From NCBI GenBank assembly GCA_964016885.1, contig OZ024742.1:68696001-68760000 (forward strand): a stretch of 64,000 nucleotides of DNA. The letters run 5' to 3'. Position numbers and translations under genes: made by a program. Positions 1 to 12,533 of the stretch are shown here, piece after piece (the stretch's first letter is position 1; the number at the start of each line of letters is the position of its first letter). Under the pieces are notes generated by a model. It was not told where the DNA came from, ran no database searches, and was given only the letters and a program-made list of their open reading frames with translations. The DNA is from Eledone cirrhosa (lineage: Eukaryota).

Positions 1-7
1 GAGAGAA

Positions 8-240
8 GGGTGATCAATCTTAGTTCAGTAGCTAGTGAATAGGAAGGAGATCATAGTTTAGAAGTGAGACAGGTGATCAACCTTAGTTCAGTAGATAGTG
101 ATGAGATTGGAGATCAATCATGACTCAGTGGCTAGTGAGGAGAAGGGAGATCAACCACAGCTCAGTGGTTAGTGGCAGAGGGACCAACCAAAGTTTAGTG
201 ACTTGTGGTAAGAAGAATATCAACCATAGTTCATTGGTAG
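8..240. repeat. Degenerate ~36-bp minisatellite
   Basis: Recurring GATCAACC(A/T)TAGTTCAGT(A/G)GCTAGTG-like unit, about 5-6 copies. Confidence 0.6.
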
Positions 241-669
241 CAAGGACACAACAACCAGCTGTAAAAACATTGCTGTAAGTATGGAAAAAAAATCTATGTA
301 AAAAAAATTAAAATTGTATTATTAATGACAATGATGCTGATAGTGGTAGATAGATGAGTATAGTAATGATGGCTGGGAGTGTGTAGTAGTGGTGGTGCTG
401 GTAATAATGGTGCTGTTGCTCATCACGTTTCCCATGATGGTGTTGTTGTTGGTGGTGAGGATGTTGTAAGTGGTGGGACTGTTGTTGGTGATAATGGTCA
501 CAGAGGAGTGATTATGATGATGGTAATGGTGGTGATAATGACAGTGTTGATTAAAGAAGCCACGCCAAAACTTGCTCTGAAGAAAGACTGCATAATAACA
601 AACACCTGAGCTGACATGCAGCTACATTATTACCACCATCACCACCAAGAAGTTTTAGTATTTCCTTAC

Positions 670-759
670 CATATGGGATCCTTGCTGAGTCCTGCATCAT
701 ACAGCAGTGTGTATGCACACATAGAACTGACCACAGCAGCATGGATACTGGATATGACC
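670..759 (-). CDS. TMEM56: TMEM56/TLCD4-like, second coding exon (90 bp); gene continues beyond the window start
   Basis: Acceptor CTCTGTTCTAG and donor GTAAGG. Phase-compatible with the upstream exon, giving R-VISSIHAAVVSSMCAYTLLYDAGLSKDPIW, similar to human [31 protein letters not shown]. Confidence 0.9.
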
Positions 760-1279
760 CTAGAACAGAGAAATCAGTGTGGATGGTTAGAAAATGCCTA
801 TCCCAACATTAAAGAAAAAGAACCAAAATAAGAAAAAGAAAAAAAAACAACAGAAGATGCACTTCTAACATATTCCAGTTACAAAGATTGCAAATAAGTT
901 CTTGTGAATGAGAAATGTCAAGCTTAAACTAGAACCTTATTGCAGGCCAACAAACTTCTCCAAGTACTTAACACCATCACTGTACAGCATAACTGGAATA
1001 TTGACACTTCACTCTTGGTGGGCTAGCTCGTCCTTCAACAGATACACACACAATAGGCTTGCTGTTTCGCCTCGATGCATTCCCCTCATATCACCTCAGC
1101 AGTTTCTTCCCATTATCAAACTCCATACTAAACACTTTTCTGCTCTTTGCTCCCTACATCCTAACTCCCTGTGGAATATGCCCTGCTCCACAAATCTTCT
1201 TCAGTTCCTTCTTAATAAGATCAACTGTATTAAACCCCATATCCACTCTCCCATCAATAATGGTACTAACACCAAGGAA

Positions 1280-1460
1280 CATCATCATCATCATTTTCAT
1301 CATCACCGTTTTATGTCAATTTTTCCATGCTAACATGGGTTAAACGAGTTCTGTTGTGGGCAATGCTAGGTCAGCTGACCATGTCTTTCACATCCAGAAC
1401 TGATTCTGGCTTGGTTTCTTCAGCTGGATGCCCTTCCTAACAACAACCTCATTTACAGTG
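1280..1460 (-). mobile_element. Short RTE-tail/SINE copy ending in (ATG)n; similar copies near 3365-3500, 5915-6235, 7650-7850, 7965-8180, 30295-30550 and 63240-63290
   Basis: (CAT)n followed by CCATGCTAACATGGG and GCTGGATGCCCTTCCTAAC, the same motifs as the 3' UTR of the RTE LINEs in this window. Confidence 0.75.
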
Positions 1461-1797
1461 AGAACGAGAATGAAAAAGATATAGATATAGCTCTTTCTCT
1501 TCACACTATATGTAATAAAACATTCTAGATTACATTCAAGAACTCAAGATAACACAAGCACAAATTGCAAGTGTGACTGTACTGGCAAGGCCAAGATTAG
1601 GATAAGTGCAGAGATTGATCATACTCCCAATATCAAACATAGGGTACCTGCAGGAAGTAAGGGAATAACCTCCTTAGCAAAGTCAGCATAAACTCATTGG
1701 CATGGAAACCTAGAATCATTTAGGGGATAAATGATTCAGAGATACCACCCACAGGAAAAACAATAGTTAGATTAGTGTTAATATACATACATACATA

Positions 1798-1965
1798 CCA
1801 TATTTCCCGGCGTCGAAGACGCTACCATTTTCCTAAAATAAGTCTCAAAAATCTACCATGCGTCCTGGAAGAAAAAGGTTGTTTATAATTTTTTTTCAAA
1901 TATTTTGTTGTCAAAATTAGGGTGCGTCCTCAAGGATGAAGTGTCTTCGGCGCCAGGAAACACGG
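1798..1965. mobile_element. Tc1/mariner-pogo-type MITE (168 bp)
   Basis: Imperfect ~25-bp TIRs CCATATTTCCCGGCGTCGAAGACGC / GTGTCTTCGGCGCCAGGAAACACGG, flanked by TA on both sides. Confidence 0.8.
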
Positions 1966-4299
1966 TAATTGTTATTGTGTAGCCCTAAGTCTGCCCTGAT
2001 CAAGCAGACTTAAGTTGTTATATCCATGATCATTCAATCATTTTATTTTATTTTAGCCATTTGTATCTGAGCAGATTATTCAATATATCCTTTTTTTTAA
2101 GATAGCAAAGTGCAATGATCTGAGCAACATTTGGCTCCTATTTCCAGCAGGTTGGGTTCCCTTATCAGTTTGTTAATAAATAGTTACTCAACTTTGCAAA
2201 TCTTCAAGAATAAATTAAGTGAGGAATCAACTAGGTAGTCGTTCAGCTATTACATTATGGTGGATAAAAGAAGAGTTGATGCCAACCTACCACTGCATAA
2301 TTATAAATAGGTTCCACGAAACGTTTGCTATGCTATTTCGAGTGTGGGCCTCACACAGTGGAATGGCTGTTCCAGCGCATCTCCCTCGCTGTTTTCCAGA
2401 GCAATGCATTATTCATTCTGTTGGCTGGGTCCCAGAGGCAGAGGGTAAGTAAGTTGGAGGTGGAGGATACTTGTTTGGACGTCACACATTAACATATACT
2501 TCATATGAAAATTGATAGCTTTTTCATGATTTCATAGATTTACTAAATGACATTAGCTATTATTGGTAGGCTGGTTGTGTGTTGCATTCAATTTTCTGGA
2601 CTGAAGGTTCCCTTTCAAATAATGAGTTCAGTAGAACAGTTATGAGGAGGCCTTTTGTTCTAGAAGTAACTTATATCACACCACGTCATTACTATCTCCT
2701 TGTATTTCTTATTTGGTAAATTATATCAACACTCCAAATCACCTCCAAGTCAATCAGTCGTTAAGCAGTTGTGATTTTTTTTATCAGGGCTTTCTAGCTT
2801 AAAATGTTTGGTTCTTGTACCATGTAAAAAAAACCCTCTCCACAAATTCCCAACAATATTTAAAATTAAGTGGGTTGGCATGAATTATTCTTTCATCAAC
2901 CATAATGTAATAGTTCTGCTTGGGCAGAGCTTCTTGAGGCTTCTAAACAACAACAGCTATCAGTGCAACAAACAAGGCAGCATCAATAAGGTAGCCTGCC
3001 CTCATTGAAATAACACTCAGTCTCCTTCAAACTACACTAGAAAGCTTTTTGATCATTGATATGTTTAATCAGATCTAAACCTTAAGCTAAACAACAACAG
3101 GTAAATCTAAACAAACACTACAATCTATAAACAATTAATTATCAAGATATTAGCCAGCTGTCATGCTATTCAAATCCTTAGAATTCAAAATATGGGGTTA
3201 CTGTCTATATATTCAAAACCTCACAATTCAGAATTAAGGTTACTTTCTCTAAAAATAGCTTTGATTGAGAGCACATTCAAACAAACACCCTACATAAAGA
3301 AAATGAACCTGCTGAAACCAAAAGTGCTTGCTTGAATTTCTTTTATCTCTATCTCTGTTCTATTTCAGGTTTGGTGTTCTACAGCTAGATGCACTTCCTA
3401 ATGCCAACTACTGGAAGCATTTTATCCTCCCTCTGGCACAACCAATTTACTGAGTGGACTGCAAGTGTTTTTGTTGTGGCAGCAACACTACTGCCTTACA
3501 GTGCTGACTAGTCAATCTATAATAAATACTTGGTGAATGAAAGTTTGAAATCTGCTAGATCAAAAAGATGTCATACCAAACATACTTCTTTGCAAATCTT
3601 TACCAGTTTTTGAACAATTATTGAAAGTTTCTAAAGTACAAAAATAATATTTTGAAAAATATATGCTGGTTCAAGAAAAATACTTAAGAGCATCATACAA
3701 AGCTGCCTTTGTAATTACAAGAGCTAAGAAACTATACTAGACTGGCAAAGAACTTGTGTTGCTACTGTCAGGTGGAATCACAGAAATTATTCACAGAAGA
3801 CCTTTGCAGTAAAATATGAAAAAAAACAAAAAAACATCCTGTCAAATGAAATGGCAGGTAAAAGAATTGCAGAAATAAGCAATAACCAATTTGTGCAACT
3901 TATTGAAAGAATTCAAATAAATACAAAATTTGCAATTCATTTGGAGGACTCTACTGACATAACAAATGCAGCTCAACTATTGGTATTTGTCAGATATTCA
4001 TATGAAAACATTGTGCACGAAGACTTACTATTTTGCTGATCATTAGATAGATGTACAACAGGTAGAGATGTTTTCCTCAAAGTGGACCATTTTGTTAAGG
4101 AAGTACGTCAGGAATGGAGTAACTGTGTTGGTGTATGTATTAATGTTCCAGCAGCAATGATGGGAAAAAACATAAGATTTCAAGTTAAAGTTAAATTTGC
4201 CAGAAATCCACCTACTACATTCACTCTTTGCAGGATGCATTGAAATGCAGTGACTAAAAAATTTCATTCGGAACGAAGTGCAAAGAAGGATGGAAATTG

Positions 4300-4500
4300 A
4301 GCCAGTAAAGAGAAATTGAATAAGATGTTTGGGTGGGGTGATGTGTTGAGGAAGGATGGCAATGACTAGATGAGAGGATACATCGGTGTTGAAAAAAGAA
4401 GAGGAAAGAGAAGACCAAGAATGACATGACTAAAGATGGAGGAGGAAATGAAATCTAGTGGGTTGGTGAGGGGGCATGTAGATGGGAGGTGAAGAAGCTT
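4300..4500 (+). mobile_element. Old RTE ORF C-terminal fragment nested in the hAT remnant
   Basis: Degenerate VLRKDGND...KRRGKRRPRMT(W) motif. Confidence 0.5.
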
Positions 4501-5013
4501 GTCAAGGGGTTCACAAGACTAGCACTTGTTTTAGCAGAGAAAATAGAAGAAAAAAAACGCTTTTTTGTGCCTTGTTGTGTAAATGCAGTAATACAAGTTG
4601 GAGTTAAATTTATCAATTTCATTAAAAGTTAACTAGCTGTTTATTTGCAAATCTATGTCAGGATATAGGATCTATGTCTAGCCAACATTTACTACATGAT
4701 GTCAAACAGATGGACTTTGAGATGACTGGTAGACTGAAAAATAAATGTGATCTTTATGAGAAAAGAACTGAAATCTTGGATTAGCCGTTCAATATGAGGA
4801 TCAGCTTTTGAAATTATGCTGTTTGTCAGACATATTTGAGAAGTTTAATTAACCTAAAATGTCCCTGTAAGGAGAGAGCATAAATATTTTCGCTTTTGAA
4901 AAGTAAAATCAAAACATTCCTATATATATATATATATAGAATCCTGCTGTATAAAATGTTAAATTGGAAATGTTTTCATGTCCTAACAATTCTGTGTGAA
5001 AATAATTTGACTT

Positions 5014-5239
5014 TTAACCTTTTAATGTTCAAACCAGCCAAAACCAGCAGAATTCTCTACCTCTTTCTGTTGAAACTAGCTGTAACTGGTCGCTCAAACT
5101 GATGTTAAGGTATTGTTCTCAAAATAAATACTTTCAAAATCTCATAGATTCGATATCATGTGAGATATTATGTGAGGTAAAGCCTTTAGCATGAAAATAT
5201 AATAGCATATATAGAGTAATGTGAATGCTAAAGAGTTAA
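5014..5239. mobile_element. TTAA-flanked (piggyBac/Kolobok-type) MITE nested in the hAT remnant
   Basis: TTAACCTTTTAATGTTC ... GAATGCTAAAGAGTTAA imperfect TIRs with TTAA at both ends. Confidence 0.65.
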
Positions 5240-6239
5240 TTTGTTTAAGCAAAACATATTCAAGCATTTGGAGTGTAAGAAAAAACATTTACACAAATAT
5301 TTTCCACCATTTATAGACAATTGTAAATTGAATTGGGGTTAAATTCCATTCATGGTAGCAATGGGACAGGTGAAATATTTTTCTTTGAAGGTTCAAGATG
5401 AATTTGAAGATCTGCCATGTGATTCAAATCTTGAATAAAATCAAATTTGAGCCTTGCTTTGGCTGAATATGAAATCAGAATTTCCAATACTATTTAAATT
5501 AACAATGGTGGTTTTCTATTGGTTACTTCCATATATTTAAGTGAATCTACAGTTTCAGCTTTAACTACAATAAAAACAATATAACACTCAGCTATTAGAA
5601 ACATAGAAAAATAGCAAACAGCAGTTTTATGTCCTATGCCAAAACAAACAAGCAAACCCTTCCCACTCAAGATAATCTTTTTGCTTTGTAAGTTTTAGTA
5701 TTAGTCATTTTTGTTTAACTACTGAATTACCTATTGCATTTTATAACATATAAAGAAGATTGCAAGAAAATCTATCTGGTAAAAAAGAATTGTGAGAGAA
5801 GGAAATTTAACAATGTTTGAAACATTCCTATTATAAATGACACTAATGGAATTTTATCTATTTACCTGACTATCACTGTTTACACACAAGCATATATATA
5901 TATAATGTAGATATCATCATCATCATCATCATCACCCTTTAACGTCGATTTTTCCATGCTTGCATGGATTAGACGGGTTGTCACATTACAAGATGAGTTA
6001 GGCCAGATAACCACGTTTCGCTCATACAGGTCTGTATTTTGCCTTGGCTTTTACAGCCGGATGAACTTCCTATTGTCAATCACGTTTCAGTGTGGACTGG
6101 GTGCTTTTTATTGTGGATCGACTGTCTGCTTTGGTAGCATCACTACCTTACAGGGTAAAGTTTTTTTGTTTTTTTTTGTGACACCAACACAACCACTATA
6201 CATTGTGGACTTGTGTCACCACCACGACCACATAGGATG

Positions 6240-7560
6240 AAATTTCTACCCAACCGTTTCCTGCACACTGAACAAAGCTATTTCTCTGTAGGGATCTGGA
6301 CCCCGTTTTCCTTTCTACTTGATTTAAGGCATTTTGCTTCCATGTTTGGAATTTATTCTTGAACTCTGCAATAGATTAGGCTATGAGGGTTAGATCATCT
6401 GCATATAGGAGTTCCCATGAGCAGCCAATCTTAAACTCTTCTATTATAGCCTGCATGATGACAATAAACAAGAGAGAGCTAAGAACAGAGTCCTGACAAA
6501 CTCCTACGTACACACTAAATTCCTCACTATAATCATTGTTAATTCTAACCTTGCTGACTGCTTTTCTGGACATGGCTTGTACCACCCTCACAAACCACTC
6601 ATCTACCCCTATTTTCTAAGAGCTCACCAAATTATGGAACAAGTGACTATGTCAAATGATTTTTGTAGGTCAACAAATGCCAAGTAAAGGGATTTAGTTT
6701 TAGCTAGGTACTTCTGCAGTTACCTCATAAAGAAGAGTGCATCAGAGGTACTTTTACCTGGCACAAATCCAAACTTCATCTCATCTAGGTTAACGCGATC
6801 CCTAATCAGCTGTGCAACAACTCTTTCTGTAACCTTCATGACCTGGTCCATCAACTTGATGCCTCTATAATTTTATCTGTCAAGCACATCTCCTTTGTTC
6901 TTGTAGAAGTTGACAATAATGTTGCTTCACCAGCCATTGGGTATGACACCATTCTGAATTACTTGGTTTATTATACCATTGGTTAAGATGTGACCCACAT
7001 ACCAGATGCTTTCAGCATCTCAGCAACTATCGCTGATGGTTCAGTTGCTTTGCCTGTCTTCATATCCTTAAATGCCTTATTACATGGTTGCTGACTTGTG
7101 TGGCTGGTCCCTCTGTTGGGTACACTTATGGCAGACTATCTTCCACCCATGCAATCTCCTCATTTAGCAGTCTTTTATAATGGCACTTCTATGTTACGTT
7201 CTTTTCAGCATCAGTGAGGGCAAGTGTGCCATTATCATATTGGACACACTTCTCCCCAACAACATCTCAATTTTCCCAGACACACTGCTTCGCAATCCTG
7301 AACATTTCACATTGAAAAGCATGCTAACATTCTTTATTTTCTGCAAAGTATATTTGTCACCTAGCTTATCCCCAATTCTGCTATTCTTTCCATGCCTGTC
7401 TCTTGGGCCTTAATTGTGTGATCCACCCTACTATCCACCCTTCTCCAACCACGATCTCATTTTTTGCCTTCAGCAGATTTTTTTACAGGAACTCCCGCTG
7501 CTCCTCTATATTTCATGTCTCTATTTGTTCTTTACTGCCAAAAGAGTCAAGTAAAATACC
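6240..7560 (-). mobile_element. Old degenerate RTE LINE fragment (RT region), related to family A
   Basis: SKVRINNDYSEEFSVYVGVCQDSVLSSLLFI...WELLYADDLTLIA, homologous to the 47138-49393 ORF. Confidence 0.9.
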
Positions 7561-8769
7561 TCTAACAGTTGTTTATGCATAAAAAAATACATTCAACTGT
7601 GTAGCTATTCAACAAAAAATGTGCAACATATACCATACTTAGAACAAGATATGGGTTGGCATCAAGAAGAGCATTTGGCTATAGAAAACCTGCCAGAAAA
7701 GATCTCATCCAACCCATGTAAGCAGGGGAAAATAGGCATAAAAATGGTGATGTATCATCATATTTAGCAATTTTTCTATAGCTGGATGGCCTTCTTAAAG
7801 CCAGCCATTTTAAAAACTATACTAGGTGCATTTCATCATAGCACCAGAGGTCATATCCCTGGCAAAATGAAAAAGTCTTTTTTACCCTATACATATAAAA
7901 TATGTATATAAAAAAAAATATACATTATCATTTAATTTCCAATTTCCCTGCTAACAAAGATATATGTATCATCACTGTTCTATGTCCATCTTTCTATGCT
8001 AGCATGGATTAGACAAGTTGCACTGTTGCGAGACAAGCCAGGTCAGATGACTACATCTTGCTCATACAGGACTGGTTTGGGCTTGGTTTCTATGGCTGGA
8101 TGCCCTTCCTAACACCAATCACATTTAGAGTGTGTGCTGAGTGCTTTTTGTCATGACACCTTCATGACCACTTCACAATGCTTTATGCATAATTATTTTT
8201 AACCTGCATTTAAATTGTAAGTTGAACATTCACACTTTGTTTACTATAGTTCAATTTATTTATTGCTTGCTATTCTGTTTTCGTTTTCTCTACAAAAACA
8301 CCCTGGTAGAGCGTTTCTGGCATAACTTTTTAAAATTTGAATCAACGCCACCATGTTTTCCCTGTAAATTGGTCAGGTCTGGCTAACCTCCCCTTTGATG
8401 TGACGTTATGCATTACAGAAAGTTTGAGGATGACCAACTTGGTGTACTAGATAGCCATACGGAACTTTCCAGTCCAGGGAGGCAAACCCTTGCTGTTGAA
8501 GTAGTTCCTGCCTAATTACGTAATGTATACTAACATTTCCTAATTTCTGCATATAGTGGTGCCATTTGGACCACCACTGGCAGATCAGAATCACAGAAAC
8601 TGGTGCATCGATCTAGGTAACTCAAAAACACATGAAGTCATCTTCCTCACTGATTAATGTTTAAGTATACACTCTAATCGGTTGGGTTCAAATTTTAATA
8701 ATTCGGATTCAATTAAATTGAGTGAGTAAGGAAACAATAGAAGCTGTGTCCATTCTATTCGATAAGCTT

Positions 8770-9120
8770 CGTTCCATAATTATATATATATGCATGCATG
8801 GTCATGTAATTCCTGAGGGAGTCGTAGGGGCACCCTATTGATATACAACATTTCTAGGGCATTTTTAAACCTGGCAGAGCCCATCTCCTCTCCAGGTTTG
8901 AATACAGCAAATTTCTTCCAAAGAAGGAAAGAGTAAGACAATGGAAGTGAGAAAGAGATTAGAGGAAGAATCGACCCCAGTATTTGAATGGTACTTTTTT
9001 TTATCGACCTCGAATGGATGAAAGGCAAAGGTAACCTCGGTACGATTTGAATTCAGAGAGCAGAGAGTCGAAATGAATAACACAAAGCATTCTATCCGAT
9101 GTTCTAATGACTCTGCCAAT
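8770..9120 (-). mobile_element. Possible decayed PLE GIY-YIG remnant
   Basis: RFKNALEMLYINRVPLRL resembles the C-terminal E..YI....P.LN motif; flanked by (TA)n. Weak. Confidence 0.3.
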
Positions 9121-9122
9121 AC

Positions 9123-9154
<32 letters not shown>

Positions 9155-11544
9155 TGGGTGGGTGTGTTTATTTCTCTTCTCTCCATATTTATTTACATTT
9201 ATCGTAAAACAAAGTTCCTGCTGCTCACTGTTAGATATGGATGGTTGGCATCAGGAAGAGATCTGGCTATACAAAATTTACTTCTTGTACTTTTGTCACT
9301 GTTCACCTGAAATGGGTTGAATTGGCTCCAATCAATAAATCCACAGCATCATGAATAAAGATTGCAAAGGTATGGTAATCACAGACATCTTATATGGATG
9401 TTGTCAGCAAATCATGATTCCAATTGCAGACATCATATATGCAGGGATTAGATTTTAGCTCAAGATCTGATTTTATCATGCCAATCTACATTTTCAATTG
9501 TTCAATTTGCTGTTAACATATTCCCACAAGGGATTCTAGAATGGCTGCATTAAAAATCAGCAGAGTGCAGAGAAAAATCAGCAGAGTGCAGAGAAAACAA
9601 ACAGAGGCACCTTTGGAGTAAAAGTTATTAGAGATAATCAATCTGGTAGCAACATTAACAAATTTCAGAGTTTAACATAAACTCCAACACTCGAACATAG
9701 AGGATTCGGTGAAGGTAAAAGTGAGCATGTACTTCCAGCTTGCATAAGTCCATTGGCCATGTCTCAGTCATACAGAAGGATAGAATACTGCCTAAAATTG
9801 TTTTGTCCAGCTCATACCATCATGGAGAAACTGATGATGATGATAGAGTCATAGCCATAGGCGATTAGTTACTTTGAAATTAAGCCGATGAGAGACCTTT
9901 AGGCAGATGGAAGATTTGATCAAATAGTGACAATGTTATTAAACAATTCTTCCTCACAAATTAGCAATGGCCATACAATAGAATGCAAACCAAACTTACA
10001 ATTGACACACATCATCATTCGTGGTTGATAGCCCAACAATAATTACTACAGCATACCAATACTGAGTGTGCAATGGATGAATAAGTATACAGAAAGATAT
10101 CTATATATAACCTAAGTTGTCAAACAACACCCAAGCCTAAAATTGCAGTGAAACAAAATATGTATCTATACATACACATGTATATATTAAAAGACATACA
10201 TAAACACACAAACACATAATACAGGTACACAAACACACACACAAGAACTAACACATACATACACAAGAGCTAACACAAACATATGAGCTAAAACATACTA
10301 CGTACAATATCCATCTTGAAGATGACTACACACATGACAATGCAATTACTCTTTCTTTTCTCCATTATATAGGAAAGCTAACTACTTCATTTTATAAAAG
10401 GTAAAATTTACTACAGTAGGACTTGAGCTAAAAATGTGAGAAGATCCATAACTAAATACCATTAGGCATTTTGTCTGACTTTCTAATGAAACTGCAGATC
10501 CACCATTCTCACAACCATTTGCTATATTTTCCAAAATAAGCATTCGAGAATATGATTGGCCCAACATTAAACTACTTCATAGATCCTTTAATCATTTATT
10601 TAACTAAACATGCATAAATGCAAGTCTGTATAGTACTTATGTTAGATATGTTTGAATGAATATCTCTGATAAGAGCAATTGCAAGATACTTGAAACTATA
10701 ACCTACCTACCTTCATAATTGATACTTTTTATCTATATTTATAATTTGTGTGTATGTTTTGAGCTCTATCAAGCTACACTTCAATACACCGAGAATATTG
10801 TTGTAGGACACCTAGAAATCTCTAACTCCTCTATTAGCATATTTCTAATTGAAATCACTGCCAATTATTTTCAAAACATTTTGAAAATAATCAAGAATTT
10901 AGACAGATTTAGCCAACTACATTTTCCAGCCTGTAGCATTTGAGACATTTGGGTGAGTCGGGCTGCTAACTGCGAGATTCCTATCTTCACTGGTGGCTCG
11001 CCTAACAGAGGTAACTGGTGAATCTCACGAGGGCGTTCGGTTGTACCAATGCATTAGCCTGGTCAACACCCGAGTTAACCCTGCGAGCATCCTGGCTTGC
11101 CACAAAAATCATTAGAAAGGTTTCCCAGTGCTCCTCGCGATACTGCTATCTTTTACTCTGGTACTGGCTCGGTTGTCCACCCCTTCCTTTATATTATATT
11201 CGTTTGGGCTTTTGTTCTGTAAGCATTGTATTATATTTCTATTTCTTTTTATTTATAATGTTATTATTCTATTTCTTATTTTATTTGTAATTTGAACAAA
11301 ATATCACTATCATTCCTTTAGTAATAAAACAAACTTTCATATTATTTAGCTGGTATTTGGAGCATAACTTCAGACAGGTTTTAACATAAAATGGAAGGCT
11401 TTTAAATAAATATGAACATTTTAAAATAAACAATTTTGTATTGTACAACCAGGGGGATTAACTGGTATCAAAAGGGTTGATCTAGAATTCATTCATAAAG
11501 AAAAAAGAAAGAACGAAATACATAAACATGTATTATTTACTCAC

Positions 11545-11714
11545 CGCGTATTCCAGTCAATTTTCTTCTCTGTGTGTAGGTGAAGGTAAGCAGGGAATGC
11601 AAATGCTGACAGTGTAGGGCTGACATATTTATATATGATGAGGAAAGCCACGCAACTTAGACAGGCAGCCTTGAAGTAGGAAGTGTCCCAAATGATATCG
11701 ACCGATGACGACAT
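11545..11714 (-). CDS. TMEM56: TMEM56/TLCD4-like TLC-domain membrane protein, first coding exon (exon probably 11826-11545 including 5' UTR)
   Basis: Translates MSSSVDIIWDTSYFKAACLSCVAFLIIYKYVSPTLSAFAFPAYLHLHTEKKIDWNT-R, matching the TMEM56 motif KKIEWNSR. Phase-2 donor GTGAGT at 11544; candidate acceptor TTTTATTAACAG ending at 11827. Confidence 0.88.
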
Positions 11715-11724
11715 TCTGCTGGTC

Positions 11725-11748
11725 TCACGTTATAAGATTACAGGGCAT
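11725..11748 (-). promoter_or_regulatory. Short upstream ORF (MPCNLIT*) in the predicted TMEM56 5' UTR
   Basis: ATG CCC TGT AAT CTT ATA ACG TGA ends 10 nt before the main ATG. Depends on the 11827 acceptor being real. Confidence 0.45.
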
Positions 11749-11961
11749 CAGGATGGTGGTGGTGGTGATAGTGATGATGATGATGAGGAAGATGATGGTG
11801 GTGGCCAGCAGTAGTAACCGTAGCAACTGTTAATAAAATATAAGTTGATTATAGATATATGTTTGGAAGTACAAACAAGAAATAGGGCACTCAATAAATG
11901 TTTTAGAGTTTGTTTATTGGGGAATTCATCTTGTCAACTGAATGACAGCAGAAAAACAGGG

Positions 11962-12011
<50 letters not shown>

Positions 12012-12060
12012 GTATATAGTATAGCAAGCCGCATTGGACACTGGAATAGTTCCTTTATTT

Positions 12061-12098
12061 TCCCCGGAAGAAGAGATGTTAATCTCGAAATATCAGGA
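12061..12098 (+). ncRNA. Minimal type I hammerhead-like motif (core CGGAAGA, U4 altered) in a solo PLE pLTR fragment (~12020-12200)
   Basis: TCCC-CGGAAGA-A-GAGAT gtta ATCTC-GAAA-TA-TC-AGGA; visibly homologous to the PLE-linked motif at 24674. Confidence 0.6.
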
Positions 12099-12204
12099 CA
12101 TAAATAAATTAAGGTAAAAAAACACTCCTCATTTCTTATGACTTAATTATTTGTTTATTCATCCAATTCACATTGTCATGACTTCCAAACTTCAAATTCT
12201 TCTC

Positions 12205-12237
<33 letters not shown>

Positions 12238-12533
12238 AATATGTATATTTACAATCCAGTACATGCAGTAAGTGTTTAGTATTAGGAAGGTCATCCAGCC
12301 TTGGAAAGCATGCCAAACAAGGGGTTGGGAGGACCTTTCAGTTTATATCAAAAGACATGGCAACTACTACTCTACACTTAATATGACAATATGTAACCAA
12401 GATACAGACCCCCACGGCCTGTCTGCAAGGTCAGTCATTCCACATAAGTACTGACAAGGTCTATGTAGACCTTTGCTAGCAGGGAAAGCAGTTGTTAAAT
12501 GTTTATGAGGATCAACATACATACATTCATATA

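Larger units (their letters stand above)
3560..5672 (+). mobile_element. Decayed hAT (Buster/Charlie, ZBED5/SCAND3-like) transposase, interrupted by later insertions
   Basis: FAIHLEDSTDITNAAQLLVFVRY...EDLLFC*SLDRCTTGRDVF motif; C-terminal remnant ending KQANPSH near 5668; many stops and frameshifts. Confidence 0.8.

Noticed and set aside
8-240. CRISPR-like spaced repeats
   Set aside because: Degenerate tandem units without unique spacers, eukaryotic context, no cas genes.
908-1343. 141-aa and 94-aa plus-strand ORFs
   Set aside because: No known motifs; they run into a SINE tail. The minus strand may be a decayed LINE ORF1 but is too weak to call.
2311-2444. AG...GTAAGT-bounded plus-strand segment resembling an exon
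   Set aside because: No recognisable protein in any frame, poor polypyrimidine tract, no partner exons, and antisense to TMEM56.
10000-10100. Minus-strand SSIAHSVLVC peptide and a GTAAGT site resembling TMEM56 exon 2
   Set aside because: No in-phase acceptor and an in-frame stop; the 759-670 exon fits far better.
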